20,000 nt of DNA from Cystobasidiomycetes sp. EMM_F5 (lineage: Eukaryota), in NCBI GenBank assembly GCA_051047955.1, contig JBPGPT010000055.1, positions 51,267 through 71,266 of the forward strand, written 5' to 3'. The translations under genes were made by a program, and so were the position numbers. Positions within the stretch are counted from its first letter, which is position 1. Every line of letters begins with the position of its first letter. The notes beneath the pieces were generated by a model. It had not been told where the DNA came from, ran no database searches, and saw nothing but the letters and a program-made list of their open reading frames with translations. This document shows positions 1 to 10,975 of the stretch, in pieces.

Positions 1-319
1 CGACGGCGAAGCGGGTACCTTGGCTGCTCGGGGACGTCACGATCCTTGTGTGGTCGCTCGAGCTGTGCCTATCGTGGAAGCGATGGCAGCACTAGTCATT
101 ATGGAGTGGGTCATCTTTCTGCGCCTACTGCGAGGTGGTTGATGGCTGAATCGCGTCAATTCTAGTGCCGTCTTGATGCAAAATGCTCGTCGAGCTGCTG
201 CTTCTTTGCTGCCATCTATGACGCATCTGCCGGCCACGATGATGCTTCCATCTGCGAAACAGATCAAGGAGGCTGTACCTACGGAAAAGGAGGTGCGCGA
301 GTCGGAGCCGTTGCACTAG
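1..319 (+). CDS. ARO2: Chorismate synthase, C-terminal part (gene begins upstream of the window)
   Basis: Frame from base 2 reads [35 protein letters not shown], the [15 protein letters not shown] chorismate synthase signature. Intron 106-165 (GTGGGT..CTAG). Last exon 166-319 reads [16 protein letters not shown]...EPLH then TAG. Not present in the ORF track. Confidence 0.95.
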
Positions 320-429
320 TATGTGAGGTTGTGAAGTTGCGCACACTCTAACAGCCGTTTGATGGCGATCTGGTGTTTCGTGCATTGCATGAGACAGCAC
401 AGCCCTTTCACGTATTCTTGTATTGTGCA

Positions 430-1192
430 CTATTGCAGCCCGACAGTCTTGTTGAGAGCAGTCCACGTAATGAGGAGATCGTCCGGCAGTTCTGTGTCCT
501 TGTCGACTTTGTAGAGCTACAGGGAGCAATTGTGTCAGCGATCGCTGGCACGGCTCATGTGACACGACACTGACCTTTTTAAGGCTAAGGATGTTCACCT
601 GCTCGTTGAGTGCATCGAGCGGGGCCAGCTTGCCGGAAACGAACGACGCCATGCGGTCGTGCAAGTCTGCTTTTTCGCTATCCGTCAAACGATGACTGAT
701 CTTGACGAGCATGATAGACGAAGAAGATGCGTTTCCTCCAAAACGCCGTAAGCCTTCGCCAATCTGTACATGATGCGCGTTGTCAGTCTTTCCACCTTTT
801 GCACAAATGATAGATTGCACAGACGTTGGACGCTGGATTGAGGTGATGTATGATTTCGCTATGTACAGTCTGAGTCTTTAGGTCGCCTTGAGCTGCACCG
901 AGTATAGCATTGTGTGCGGCTGTGAGGATATGGTCTCGTGAGGCAATCTGAGTCAATGAACGGATCAATATCGGCATCGATAACGGCTTCATTATCGACT
1001 GACCATACTGCCATCAAGGAATGCGAAGTCAAGTAGCTGCCTTTCAAGGATGCCTTGGTCGCCAGCCATGGTGGAAGCCGCGATGAAACGCTGCCTGACT
1101 TCAGCCGCATTGACGACATCCGTCCACAGCGCGAGCGTAATCTCTTGCAGCTCGTCAGGATACGCCTGAGCGGGCAGGACATAGCTTTCCAT
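430..1192 (-). CDS. CGI121: KEOPS/EKC complex subunit Cgi121 (TPRKB family)
   Basis: Exons 1192-1004, 947-825, 763-575, 516-430, separated by GT-AG introns. Protein contains LDFAFLDGSM|IASRDHILTAAHNA...LKTQTVHSEIIHHLNPASN|IGEGLRRFG, matching the Cgi121 pattern KT..lHSEI...L.P.nnI.e.lrrFG. Confidence 0.88.
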
Positions 1193-1464
1193 GGGTCGTG
1201 TACAAAATATGTTGGTCTGTAGTCAAGCATTCGGCAGCCCGACATCCGAAGTGGCAACGACTTTTCGAAAAGTAGGCGCGTGTCAAAGCTTTTTGCCCTC
1301 TGAGCGATTCACAAAAATGACAAGGAGAGACTAACCTGTTTTACTAACGTAGTGCGACTGGCCGTACGCTGAACGTGTTCGCAGACGACACAGAAGATTG
1401 CGTAAAATTGACCCTTATCTGATAGCGCAGACATCGGAGTCGTCGGCGAAAGTCAAGCCTCAAG

Positions 1465-2614
1465 ATGGCGACCGCATGGAGATGGTATCTGCGGATGCTG
1501 AGGGAGTAGGTTTGCTAACCCGCTCGCGAGATGCTGCCGAATTGAGCATGGTTTACCAGCCATACTTTACCGACACAGATGGTGACTGGTATGAGAAGCT
1601 CGACCCAGGCATACTAACAGACAAGCTGATTCTTGCCGACCATCTCAACAAATTATGAAGGTGCATGCATCGGTTTTACGGCCGATACGACCGCGCAAAG
1701 GGTAGTTGAGAGGCGGATACAGCAGAATGTGGGTTTGTCGGATCCCGCAATTAAATGCTTGATTACCTTTGTTGATGATCATATCACTGACAGTGGAAAA
1801 GGACGGGCAGACAGACTTTGTATAGTAAGCTAAACATGGCGGGATTCCGTCTACGACAAGGCATGACCCGGACACTCGCGATTTCCACAGGCTTTTTCGT
1901 TTTTGCCCCAATGGCGAATAGATGGTTTGCTGTCCTGCAACGCATCAACTTCAAGAATATATGGACTAGTGTGTATAGTATGTTTTTCGGAAAGCCGAAT
2001 ACCGGCTAATGTTGATATCGCAGCTGCGCTGGCCAGAACCGGCGTCGGTACGCTCAATATCGCAACTACTGCTGTAGCCTCTCTGACTCACAACTCCTGC
2101 AGATATGGTCACTTTCATGCCCTTCAGCAGCTTCATGTTTTTCACCTGTTTAGGCACAATGGAGGGTCGGCCGTTTGCGGAAAGCAAACATCGGTGGTTG
2201 ACAGTCAGCCACTACATTTGTGAGATCCGTGGTCAGCCGGCTAATAGGATGTTACCCAGAATTTCCCACAAGTCATCAGGAATCAGTATATGGTTTTCGC
2301 CCCGGCGCAAGTGCGTCAACACATGTAATGTTCGGACATTTAAGCGGCTAAGACTGAGGTACTGCAGATTATCAATATGGTTATGCTGCCTTTATACGCG
2401 CGCCCTCCGTTTTTGAACTGCGTTGGACTCGGGTGGATGCTGGTGAGTCACGATTCAGATGCATTAGGTCTATCCGGCTCAGATGACGGGACTGCAGTAC
2501 CTTGCGACGGTCAACAGCAGACCGACTGTGCCCATGACACCTGAGGGTAGCGCTGTGACTACGCCGATGTCGTCAAAACAAAGCCAAAGTACCACGATAC
2601 TGGTGGGTGACTGA
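1465..2614 (+). CDS. Mpv17/PMP22 family membrane protein (Sym1-like), 9 exons
   Basis: Manual splicing gives MATAWRWYLRMLRD|HTLPTQMVTG|ACIGFTADTTAQRVVERRIQQN|WKRTGRQTLYS|FFVFAPMANRWFAVLQRINF..|..ARTGVD|MVTFMPFSSFMFFTCLGTMEG..|NFPQVIRNQYMVFAPAQ|IINMVMLPLYARPPFLNCVGLGWML|YLATVNSR..VGD*. This follows the Mpv17 family pattern (D..AQ, RT.R, W...L, R...D, Q..N, YL...N). Confidence 0.85.
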
Positions 2615-2992
2615 TAGCGGTGATTGGCAGGTGGTCGAGGGATGGAAGTGGTCGCTTAGACGAGATCAGACGAGATTGAGATTGAGGGATGTGTAGTTGA
2701 TCTAGCATCAGTCAGTTGTGGTAGGATACTCGTATGGCAATTCGCAAGCACCGGCTAGCCGTCGTGCCAGTCTTTTCGGAGCAAATCGTTATCCTACATG
2801 TCGTACATGAACCACTCAAGACGCACATTACGTCCAGTGAGTCTGCCTCTTCTCCGCGCAGACGAGCTCGGATTTGCATCACCTTTTCAATTTTTCTTGC
2901 AATCGAGGAAGGCACAAATTCCCGCCCCAGAGCCAGAAGCTCAAGAGGGAACCGGGCAACGACGGCGCTAAAGCTCAAGCAAAACACACAAT

Positions 2993-3830
2993 ATGTCGGC
3001 AGCACCAGTGACCGCACACGCGGAACAGACCGAGAAGGCGTACTTGAAACAGCCAATCTTTCAAAACACGAAAATCTCTGGAAAGGCAAAGTCATCGACC
3101 AAGCTCAAGAGGTGGACTCGCGAGGTCGGACTGGGCTTCAAGACCCCGTCAGAGGCAATCAACGGAACCTACATCGATAAGAAGTGCCCCTTCACCGGCA
3201 ATGTCAGCATTCGCGGCCGTATCCTTACCGGCGTAGTCGTAAAGACCAAGATGACACGAACAATCATCATCCGAAGAGATTAGTTAGTCGTGCTGCCTGA
3301 AAGACATGCGGTACACCAGAGATTTTTGGACACTAATGGCATGCCTGCTCGCACGCGCCAGCCGCCTATGCCGTACGCACTTGCATTGCAACGGAAAGCG
3401 AATGCAATTGGAGCAAACAGCGGCGTGCCATAGAGAGCCAAGATTACAACGTGGACCGCTGCACTCAATGCACATACTGACGTGATGCTATGTCTTCCCA
3501 GCTTGCACTACATTCCCAAATACAACCGTTACGAAAAGCGACACAAGAATGTTGCGGCGCACTGCTCGCCAGCGTTCCGTGTAGAGGAGGGTGATATTGT
3601 TACCGTTGGTCAATGTCGGCCATTGACAAAGGTCGGTCAGCTCGTCGCTGGTTTGGTCGTCCGATTATGCTGAGATGCATCCTTGATTGCAGACTGTCCG
3701 CTTCAACGTTTTGAGAGTGCAAAAGGGCAAGCAGTCTGGGTCGAAGCAATTGTGCGCATTGGCATTTGCCCCTCTCTATACCACCAAGCTGAACTAATGT
3801 CCCGTTCCCTCTTACAGCGTCAAGTTCTAA
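2993..3830 (+). CDS. RPS11: 40S ribosomal protein S11 (uS17)
   Basis: Exons 2993-3282, 3502-3631, 3693-3751, 3818-3830. Protein contains [34 protein letters not shown]...[20 protein letters not shown]...[17 protein letters not shown]...KQF|VKF*. Confidence 0.98.
3283..3501 (+). other. Long, self-complementary first intron of RPS11 (candidate structured RNA element)
   Basis: 219 nt, against about 50-75 nt for the other introns in the window. Nested complementary segments: 3308-3316/3451-3459, 3321-3329/3438-3445, 3336-3345/3422-3431, 3346-3350/3411-3415, 3381-3387/3401-3407. Confidence 0.6.
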
Positions 3831-4124
3831 GTCGTTCAGGAACGGATTGATGATTTGGCTGTCGTTGCATCACCGTGATTGCTCAGCGGTGTTTACGTTG
3901 TTTGGCGGTAGATCCGGGTCACCCCAGGCAATGCAAGCATACTAAAGAGCCGTTGCCGTGATATCAAGTGCCACGGATCTTCTCCAGCGTGCTCCAAACC
4001 CTGCCGCCCACCTCCTTTCAGACATTTTCTGACAACATCTAGCCACTGATTACTTCCCTGCTCCGTCATTCTGGTCAGATAACATAAGGTCGCGCAATGT
4101 TCTGAACACCAGACTGGCTACATT

Positions 4125-5876
4125 TCAGATGAAACACCCGATCACTGTCGTAACCCAGCTCAAGAACGACAGATGTCGAGGTCCATTGTCTCCGAAAAGA
4201 TTCGTGTTGGCCGGATAACCCTGCTTGCCTAGCGCTAGGTAGCGATACAGCACACTGGCGTGAATCTCGGTCGGGAGGGCTTCGTATCCCTCTCGTATTG
4301 GCTTGAGAGGTCGCAGGACTCGGAAGGCAGCGTGATGCGGGCTAGAAAGGCAAAGCGGTCAACACCAGAAGCGTTCGTGCACACAACGCTGCCTTGACTG
4401 ACAGAGACGATGAATGCCATGTCACCTTGCCGTCTGCATTTACAACTGGGTACGTGCGCTCAAAGTTGAGGAACTCGAGAGCCCACCAGCCCCATTGCAG
4501 GACTAGCTTGTCGTGCATCGGCGCAGCGAAATCGGCTCTGTACTGCTTAAGACGCGGTTCGGCTGCAACTTGTGCTGTGTCGACTGAATCGGTAGCTATG
4601 CTGAACGGACTTTGGTCGTTCTGGTTCCGATGATCCAGAAATGCGCCGGGTCTGGCAATATCAGGGTATAAAGCCAGGAACGGCCCAATTTTGTCTTGGT
4701 CGAATTGCAGTCCGTGTTGCATGGCGTGAAGGAGCATCCATTGGCTGCAGAAAGGTAGAGCAAATTATCAATACTGATGCACTTTCTAAGTCCAAAAAGT
4801 ACTTACAGGGGGATGTTTGCTAGACATGCTTCGGGGGCATCAGACCAATATTTTGTTCTGCCGCCGGGCCCGCCCACGTCTGGCCTTGGAATTAGCGCAG
4901 CTCACAACGTCTGAGAAGGAGGGTTTTGTTCACCTGTATGGCAACCTGCGAACCATACCTCATTGAAATTCTTGCTGGGAGATTTGGGATTGTTGGACTT
5001 CTCCTGCGAAACTAGATTCTTACCAAACTTTACGCGTCTTTCGTCGAGTGATACGGCGTGGTACAAGTTGTCGACATTTTCGTTTGCGTAGGTGCCTGGC
5101 AGTCTGTGCACACGAAAGTAGCCTACGGATGATACGGTATCCCTGTGAAGGATCGCAACCGTGTAAGCTGGACCATCTAATAGTCTGGTGTGGTGTATAG
5201 TCTCACCATACACCCATGAAGTGGATATTCAAGCTTCTGCAACCTGCTTCTCCCTTTGCATATTCCAGCCTCTGCCTTGTCTTTCGATATGTTGCTTCAT
5301 CGCCCGACTCTTTGGCTGTGTAGTAGCCTTCATACTCTTGCCATAGTCCTTTTACTTCTGCGGGATCACTTGCTCGGCTTGGTCGGACCCCAATCTAGGC
5401 GGTTGCATGAGCCGTCTTCGGTAAATTAGGTGGATGTATGACTTGCCCGATGAATGAATGCAGCAAGAACTCTGGCAGTACTTTGAGCGAGCAGGAGGAG
5501 CATTACTCACATCACTGCACTGATACCATTTCTCCACTCACTATGCGCCCCTCGAGAAGCCAAACATGCACACTCTGTCTCCGGGCTTGGTACTACCGGC
5601 TATGAAGCAGTATGCATTGACAACCTTCTGGCCCAGGCTCCACGCTACGCCCATATCGGACACGTTCTTCAGCCATGTCACTGCTTGCCACTCGGATGGG
5701 CTGATGTCCTCTGTTCCAATGCCGGTATAGTATTGCACGGTTTGCTTCGAAACTTCGTTTTTCAGGAGCGCATCTGCTACCAGTCCGACGTTTGTCACGC
5801 TGCTTGGGGTGTTGTTGGTGCCATCAAAGCAGAGAATGACGGTGCGCCCAGAGAATGGTTCGTCGGGCTTGGACAT
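4125..5876 (-). CDS. DUF2235 / Tle1-like phospholipase-type alpha/beta hydrolase, multi-exon
   Basis: Motifs: VILCFDGT.N, YYTGIGT, MFGFSRGAY|TARVLA, HFMGVW|DTVSSVG, HAVSLDERRVKF, EVWFAGCHTD|VGG, LANIPL|QWM, WWALEF, IHASV..R. The position of the 3' end (TGA at 4127-4125) is less certain. Confidence 0.88.
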
Positions 5877-6255
5877 GAATGGTCAGCCCAATTAGTATTA
5901 GATGTTGGATAATGTTAGTCGACTGATTCGTGCAGAGGAAAGTCTGGCTGGCTGAAGCTTTGAACTTGCGACGTAGGGTTCCCCACGTGATGTTGGGGTA
6001 ACTCCGAAGCTGCGGTCGTTTAGGATACAAGTATCGCATCAACACTTGGCTCAGCTGCGATTGCACTTCTGTCCAAGGTATTGCGGAGACTGCTCAGATC
6101 TCGCCAGCTCGGCTCCGCTGCGACTATCCGTTGGCCCGTTCAGCGCCAGTCAAGTCGTATTCTGGTTCCGCTCGCTCGCTCAGCTGGTCCTTGACCAGCA
6201 ATCTGACCCAGTCTCGGTCTATGCAACCGCTCGAGTTACTGCCTGACGCGCCGCT

Positions 6256-9200
6256 ATGTCGCTCAGTCCAGGCCATGGAAATCAGCTGCCAAATCACGTC
6301 TGTGGAAATAGCATAGATTTACGAATCAAGCTAACGTCTCATCGTGATGGAAACAGCAACTGGGTGAAGTCCTCGGCAGAGGGGCATTCGGATGCGTTTA
6401 CCGGTGAGTGAAACCGTGATATTTCCTTTGGCAACTCGGTGAAGACATGTGTTGCAGGGCGCTTAATTGGCAGACTGGGGCAACAGTCGCAGTCAAGCAG
6501 ATACAACTTGGCAATATTCCTGCAGCCGATTTACCGGAGATTATGGTCCGCTCTTCTCCATTAACGTACCAGAACGCAGGCTGACTCCGGCTCTCACTTA
6601 TCCTAGAGCGAAATCGATCTTTTGCGCAACTTAGAGCGTAAGTGTGTTTCAAGATCTGCCATCACGCTCTCAGCATCTCCTTTCGCAGACCCAAATGTGG
6701 TCCACTACAGAGGATTCGTGAAAACGACTGAATTTCTATGGATTATTTTGTGCGTAGCTCTGCCTCAAACGTATGTAACGGCCACATGTTGATATTATCT
6801 GTCAGATAGGGAATACTGCGAGAATGGGTCTCTCACAGCTATCTGCAAGAAGTTTGGCAAGCTGCCGGAACAGCTTTGCCAAATATACATACATCAGGTG
6901 CTTGAAGGGCTGCTGTACTTGCACGATCAAGGCGTCATACACCGTGATATCAAGGGATCCAACATACTTGCGACCAAGGAAGGCTCCGTCAAGTTGGCAG
7001 ACTTTGGAGTAGCTACTCGAGTTGTGACGTCTGCTAATTCCGATGACAAGCTCGAAAACGCATCCGAAGCTACCGGAGTTGTGATTGATCGCAGTGTAGT
7101 CGGATCCCCCTACTGGATGGCCCCGGAGGTTATAGAGCAGTCTGGTGCCACTACAGCTTCCGATATATGGTCGCTTGGTTGCACAATCATCGAGCTTCTA
7201 CAAGGGCACCCGCCTTATCATCACCTCGACCCCATGCCAGCGCTGTTCCGGATAGTCAATGACGACTGTCCGCCTTTGCCCGACCAGGCCAGCTCCGTTG
7301 TCCGGGATTTCCTGATGCAATGCTTTCAGAAAGATCCGAATCTCCGTGTATCCGCGCGACAATTGCTGAAGCACCCGTGGATGATGTCTGCTCGTAAGCA
7401 ACTGGATCGCATTCACCAAAGTGCACAAGCATCATCAAGGAGGTTGAACACGAGCAACGGAGACAGCAATCGCCGTAGTACTGCAGCGGTACCATACGAA
7501 GAAACTGTCGCACAAGTACGAGAATGGAACAAAGCGCTCGATCAATCACAGACCACGACCAACAGCCGTCTACGAGCTCCGCATCCACCCTCGAACGCGC
7601 GCCGAACTTCGAACGAGATCCTACATAAGTTGTACTCGTCGAGCATTACACCCTTACCCATAGGCGCATCAGTCTATCCAGTGATATCCAACGTCGGTCT
7701 GAAGTCGCAATTGAAGAATTTTCCCGAAGTTAGTTCCAGCACGGAGAACAAGGAGAACGAAGATAATTGGGACGACGATTTCGTCGGCGATGCACCTCTG
7801 TTTGCAGTGAGGGGCGCAATGACAACGCAATCATCATCAAGTCATAGCAACGAATCAGATAAATCGCGCACATTACGACCGCTGCAGTCAAGGCTGCCGA
7901 AGGTACGAGCTGGCAACCTTACCTCTATTGGCGGTAACGGAGATGGTGCCACGGCGCCTCTCCAATCGCCGGATCACAGGAGGTCGAATAGCACCAGCTC
8001 AGAAAAGTTCCCCAATGTACAGCTACAGACCCGCAGAGGTTCAAGTACAATTCGCGTGCCTCGATTGCTCGAGAAGCCTGCACATTCGCCGCAGCCGGCT
8101 CGACCAGTACCAAACTCGGAATCGGGCTCCGGTCCGATTTACGTATCTGGCGGGCAGCCGGAGTCTGATGTTGAGTTGTATGACAATGACTACTCCGACT
8201 CCTTCTCCACAAACAAGCTAGACGCTCAGTGGCACCGGCGCAAGTTGAAATTGCGGAGAAGTCCCACAAACAATGTATGTTCGGCTCAAAATTAGTCTTA
8301 TCAGTACAGTTCGACTGAGATTGGGCAATCATAGATGGGAGACGGACATGAAACCGCAGATCCTTTTGCAGACCTCGGGGGCGATGCCGAATTTGGCCAA
8401 GACAGTGTGTCTGAGACTCTTGAGGTTAGACTGCAGCGGGAAAGGACTGTCAAGTACTGCGCCGTCATCGATACAGCACTGGAGTCCATGGAGAACGGGT
8501 CGGATGCAAAGGCCTTGATAATCGGACTGGGGGAGCTGGTGAGTTTGCTTACCGGTAGTGCATTACAAACACGGGTTTGTCTCACAATGTTGTCAGATGG
8601 CTACGATAGAGCAGTCGGGGGACGCGAAGATACACTTTCTGCGCTCACACGGTTTGATGGCTCTGGTAGATGCGATAAAACGCGTTCGCTTACTGGAGCT
8701 GGCCAACCTATTATTGCGGATTCTCAATTTCGTAAGTTTCACATACACCCATGCGGAATGGTTCAAGCTGAATAGTGATGCATTGCGAAGTTGACGGCCG
8801 ATGACTCTTCTGGTTTGGACAAGATATGTGTCAGTGAAGGTAGAAATCTGGCAGAGCTCCTCGTCTAACAATACAGGCTTCTGCAGCTTGCCGGCGGTTT
8901 CCCTCTCATCTTATCGTATGCGAATGCTCGGTATCCGCGCAGCATTCGTCTGGAAGCAGCTGTTTTTGTCGGGGCTGTATGCACGAGCCCAGCCTTTACG
9001 GTAGGCTTTGAATGTGATGTGAGATAATACACAACTGTCTGACTGCCATCTTAGCTACATGTATTTACGAGCTGCGGTGTAAGTCTGAGTGGCCTGCCTT
9101 ATACGACAGGAGAGCGCTTACGTGAGCACCTTGTCAGGGTCTGTCTACCCTCGTAGACATGCTGGACGGCGATTACAATGAATATAAAAGCCTGCAATGG

Positions 9201-10743
9201 ATGGCTATTGATGGCATCAGCAAGATCTTTGATATTAAGGTGAGTTGGGGAGCATTGCATTCTGATAAGATGGAACGAACTGGCGCTACTGACCGAATTA
9301 CCAGTCGGCGATGTCTCGGAACGATCTATGTCGATTGTTTGTCCGGGAGGGCTTGCTTTGCCGCCTATCGCGGCTACTGCCGAGCTGCTCAGCAGACGAA
9401 GACCCGCTAGCCGATAACGCAGTTTTGAAAATAGTAGCTCTTCTGCTATTATTCTCCCAGAGTGATCTTCGCATCAAGCTACAGCTGGCTGAGCAGTCGA
9501 ATTTGACTAGTGAGTTGCTATTGTTATACTCAAGCTCGATTGAATGCCTTCTGATCTGAAGACAGCTGTCATGACATGTTTGGGTAGTCTGCCGCCTCAT
9601 CTCAAGGCTCAGTTGCTCAAGGCTATTAAGAATATTAGTATGGCTCCAGCGGCATTGGAGGCGTTACAGAAAGCGAATGCCGTCACGGTTCTTGCAGGAT
9701 TGCTGACCAACCAACTTGCAAATACAGTAAGCCCAACGTACTTCTTGAGTCAAGCCATCGATTATTAACATTTCTATAGGACATCTCCAACCCCGTCGTA
9801 TCGACATTGTATAACCTGTGCAGACTCAGCAAAGTGCGGCAGGAGGAGGCTGCGCTAGCTGGAGCAATTCCAGCTCTGCTTTCCATTGTGCATGCAAAAT
9901 CCCCGTTAAAGCAATTCGCGCTGCCTATACTCTGCGATTTTGCAGCAACATCCAGGTCGTGCAGGAGACTGTTGCGCCGCTTTGGATGTCTCGATCTGTA
10001 CATCAGCCTGCTGGACGATCCATTTTGGAGCGTTTCATCGCTTGATGCGATACTATCATGGTACATTTACATGCCGTTACGTACCTGATACGTTCTGACA
10101 CACATCTCGTTGCGTCAGGTTACAATGCGAGATGACTTACGTTGAGAAAGGTCTACTTCAACCCGGTGCAGTTGATGCCATCTCAAGAATGCTCGACGTC
10201 AAATCAAATAGCTCCGATAACTCGCTCGAGCCACTTTTGAAGGCATGTTGAACAGATCGGCTTGCTAAGCGCTTGTGCTAAATGCGATTTCTCCTGCTAA
10301 TTTAGATCATGCGCATGTCCACACCCTTGACACGCCGGCTAGGTGTGCGGTCAGATGTATACAATGGCATTGTCAGCCGCCTAGGATCAGCATCCACTGC
10401 GGTGACGCGCTTGAACTTATTGCGGCTGACCAAGCTTTTGGTCGACACAATCCATGGTCTGTCTTCATGCTGGAAAAAGTCAGACCTGCGATTGTGTATT
10501 TCTCGGCTGGCAGACGAGGACCCATCTCTCCTGGCACAAAATCTGTCAAAAGAGCTTCTGAAGGAATTGAATGACCCTCAACACCATCAGGGACTCACTC
10601 GCAGCGCATCAGTACAGATCAGCCGCGCCTCAGGCAGAAATCCGTCCCCTACTTTGTCCGACAGATCAAGCCGTGGGCACCGCATCCGATTAAGAAATAG
10701 ATCACGATCTCCCGCATATGCTTCCGCTGAGGTATCTGAGTAA
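6256..10743 (+). CDS. Cdc15/SepH/Cdc7-type septation/mitotic-exit Ser/Thr kinase (N-terminal kinase, low-complexity linker, C-terminal ARM-like region)
   Basis: [45 protein letters not shown]..|[15 protein letters not shown]..|[57 protein letters not shown]-terminal motifs [49 protein letters not shown] are typical of SepH/Cdc7. Many short introns. Confidence 0.93.
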
Positions 10744-10975
10744 GAAGTCGTTATCGCAGTCTAAATGCAGCACGTAGGCAGAGTGGGGAACTGGTACGCA
10801 GTCATACTTTTCAGCCCGAACAAGGTAGAAATAGGTAGTTGAGCCAGCGGTAGCGTGTCAGGAAAGCAGTACGGTCTTTGAGTCAAGTGTCCTGCTTTGC
10901 TCGGTCTAGCGCCAGTCTTGCAATTTGCTCGGCGGCATTACCGCTCGACAGGCTTTCTTTCGCACCAATCAGATA

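Noticed and set aside
37..429. Minus-strand ORF 37-267 and the C-terminal part of ORF 125-820
   Set aside because: These are antisense shadows of ARO2 and read-through of a CGI121 intron. The plus strand carries the chorismate synthase signature.
2659..2686. Short degenerate repeats (GACGAGAT x2, GAGATT x2)
   Set aside because: Low-complexity 3' UTR or intergenic sequence, too short to be significant.
2712..3180. ORFs of 148 aa (+) and 127 aa (-) over the RPS11 promoter and exon 1
   Set aside because: No recognisable motifs, and they overlap a highly conserved gene in other frames.
3283..3501. C/D box snoRNA in the RPS11 intron
   Set aside because: There is no RTGATGA box near the 5' end, and the CTGA at 3477-3480 is explained by the branch site.
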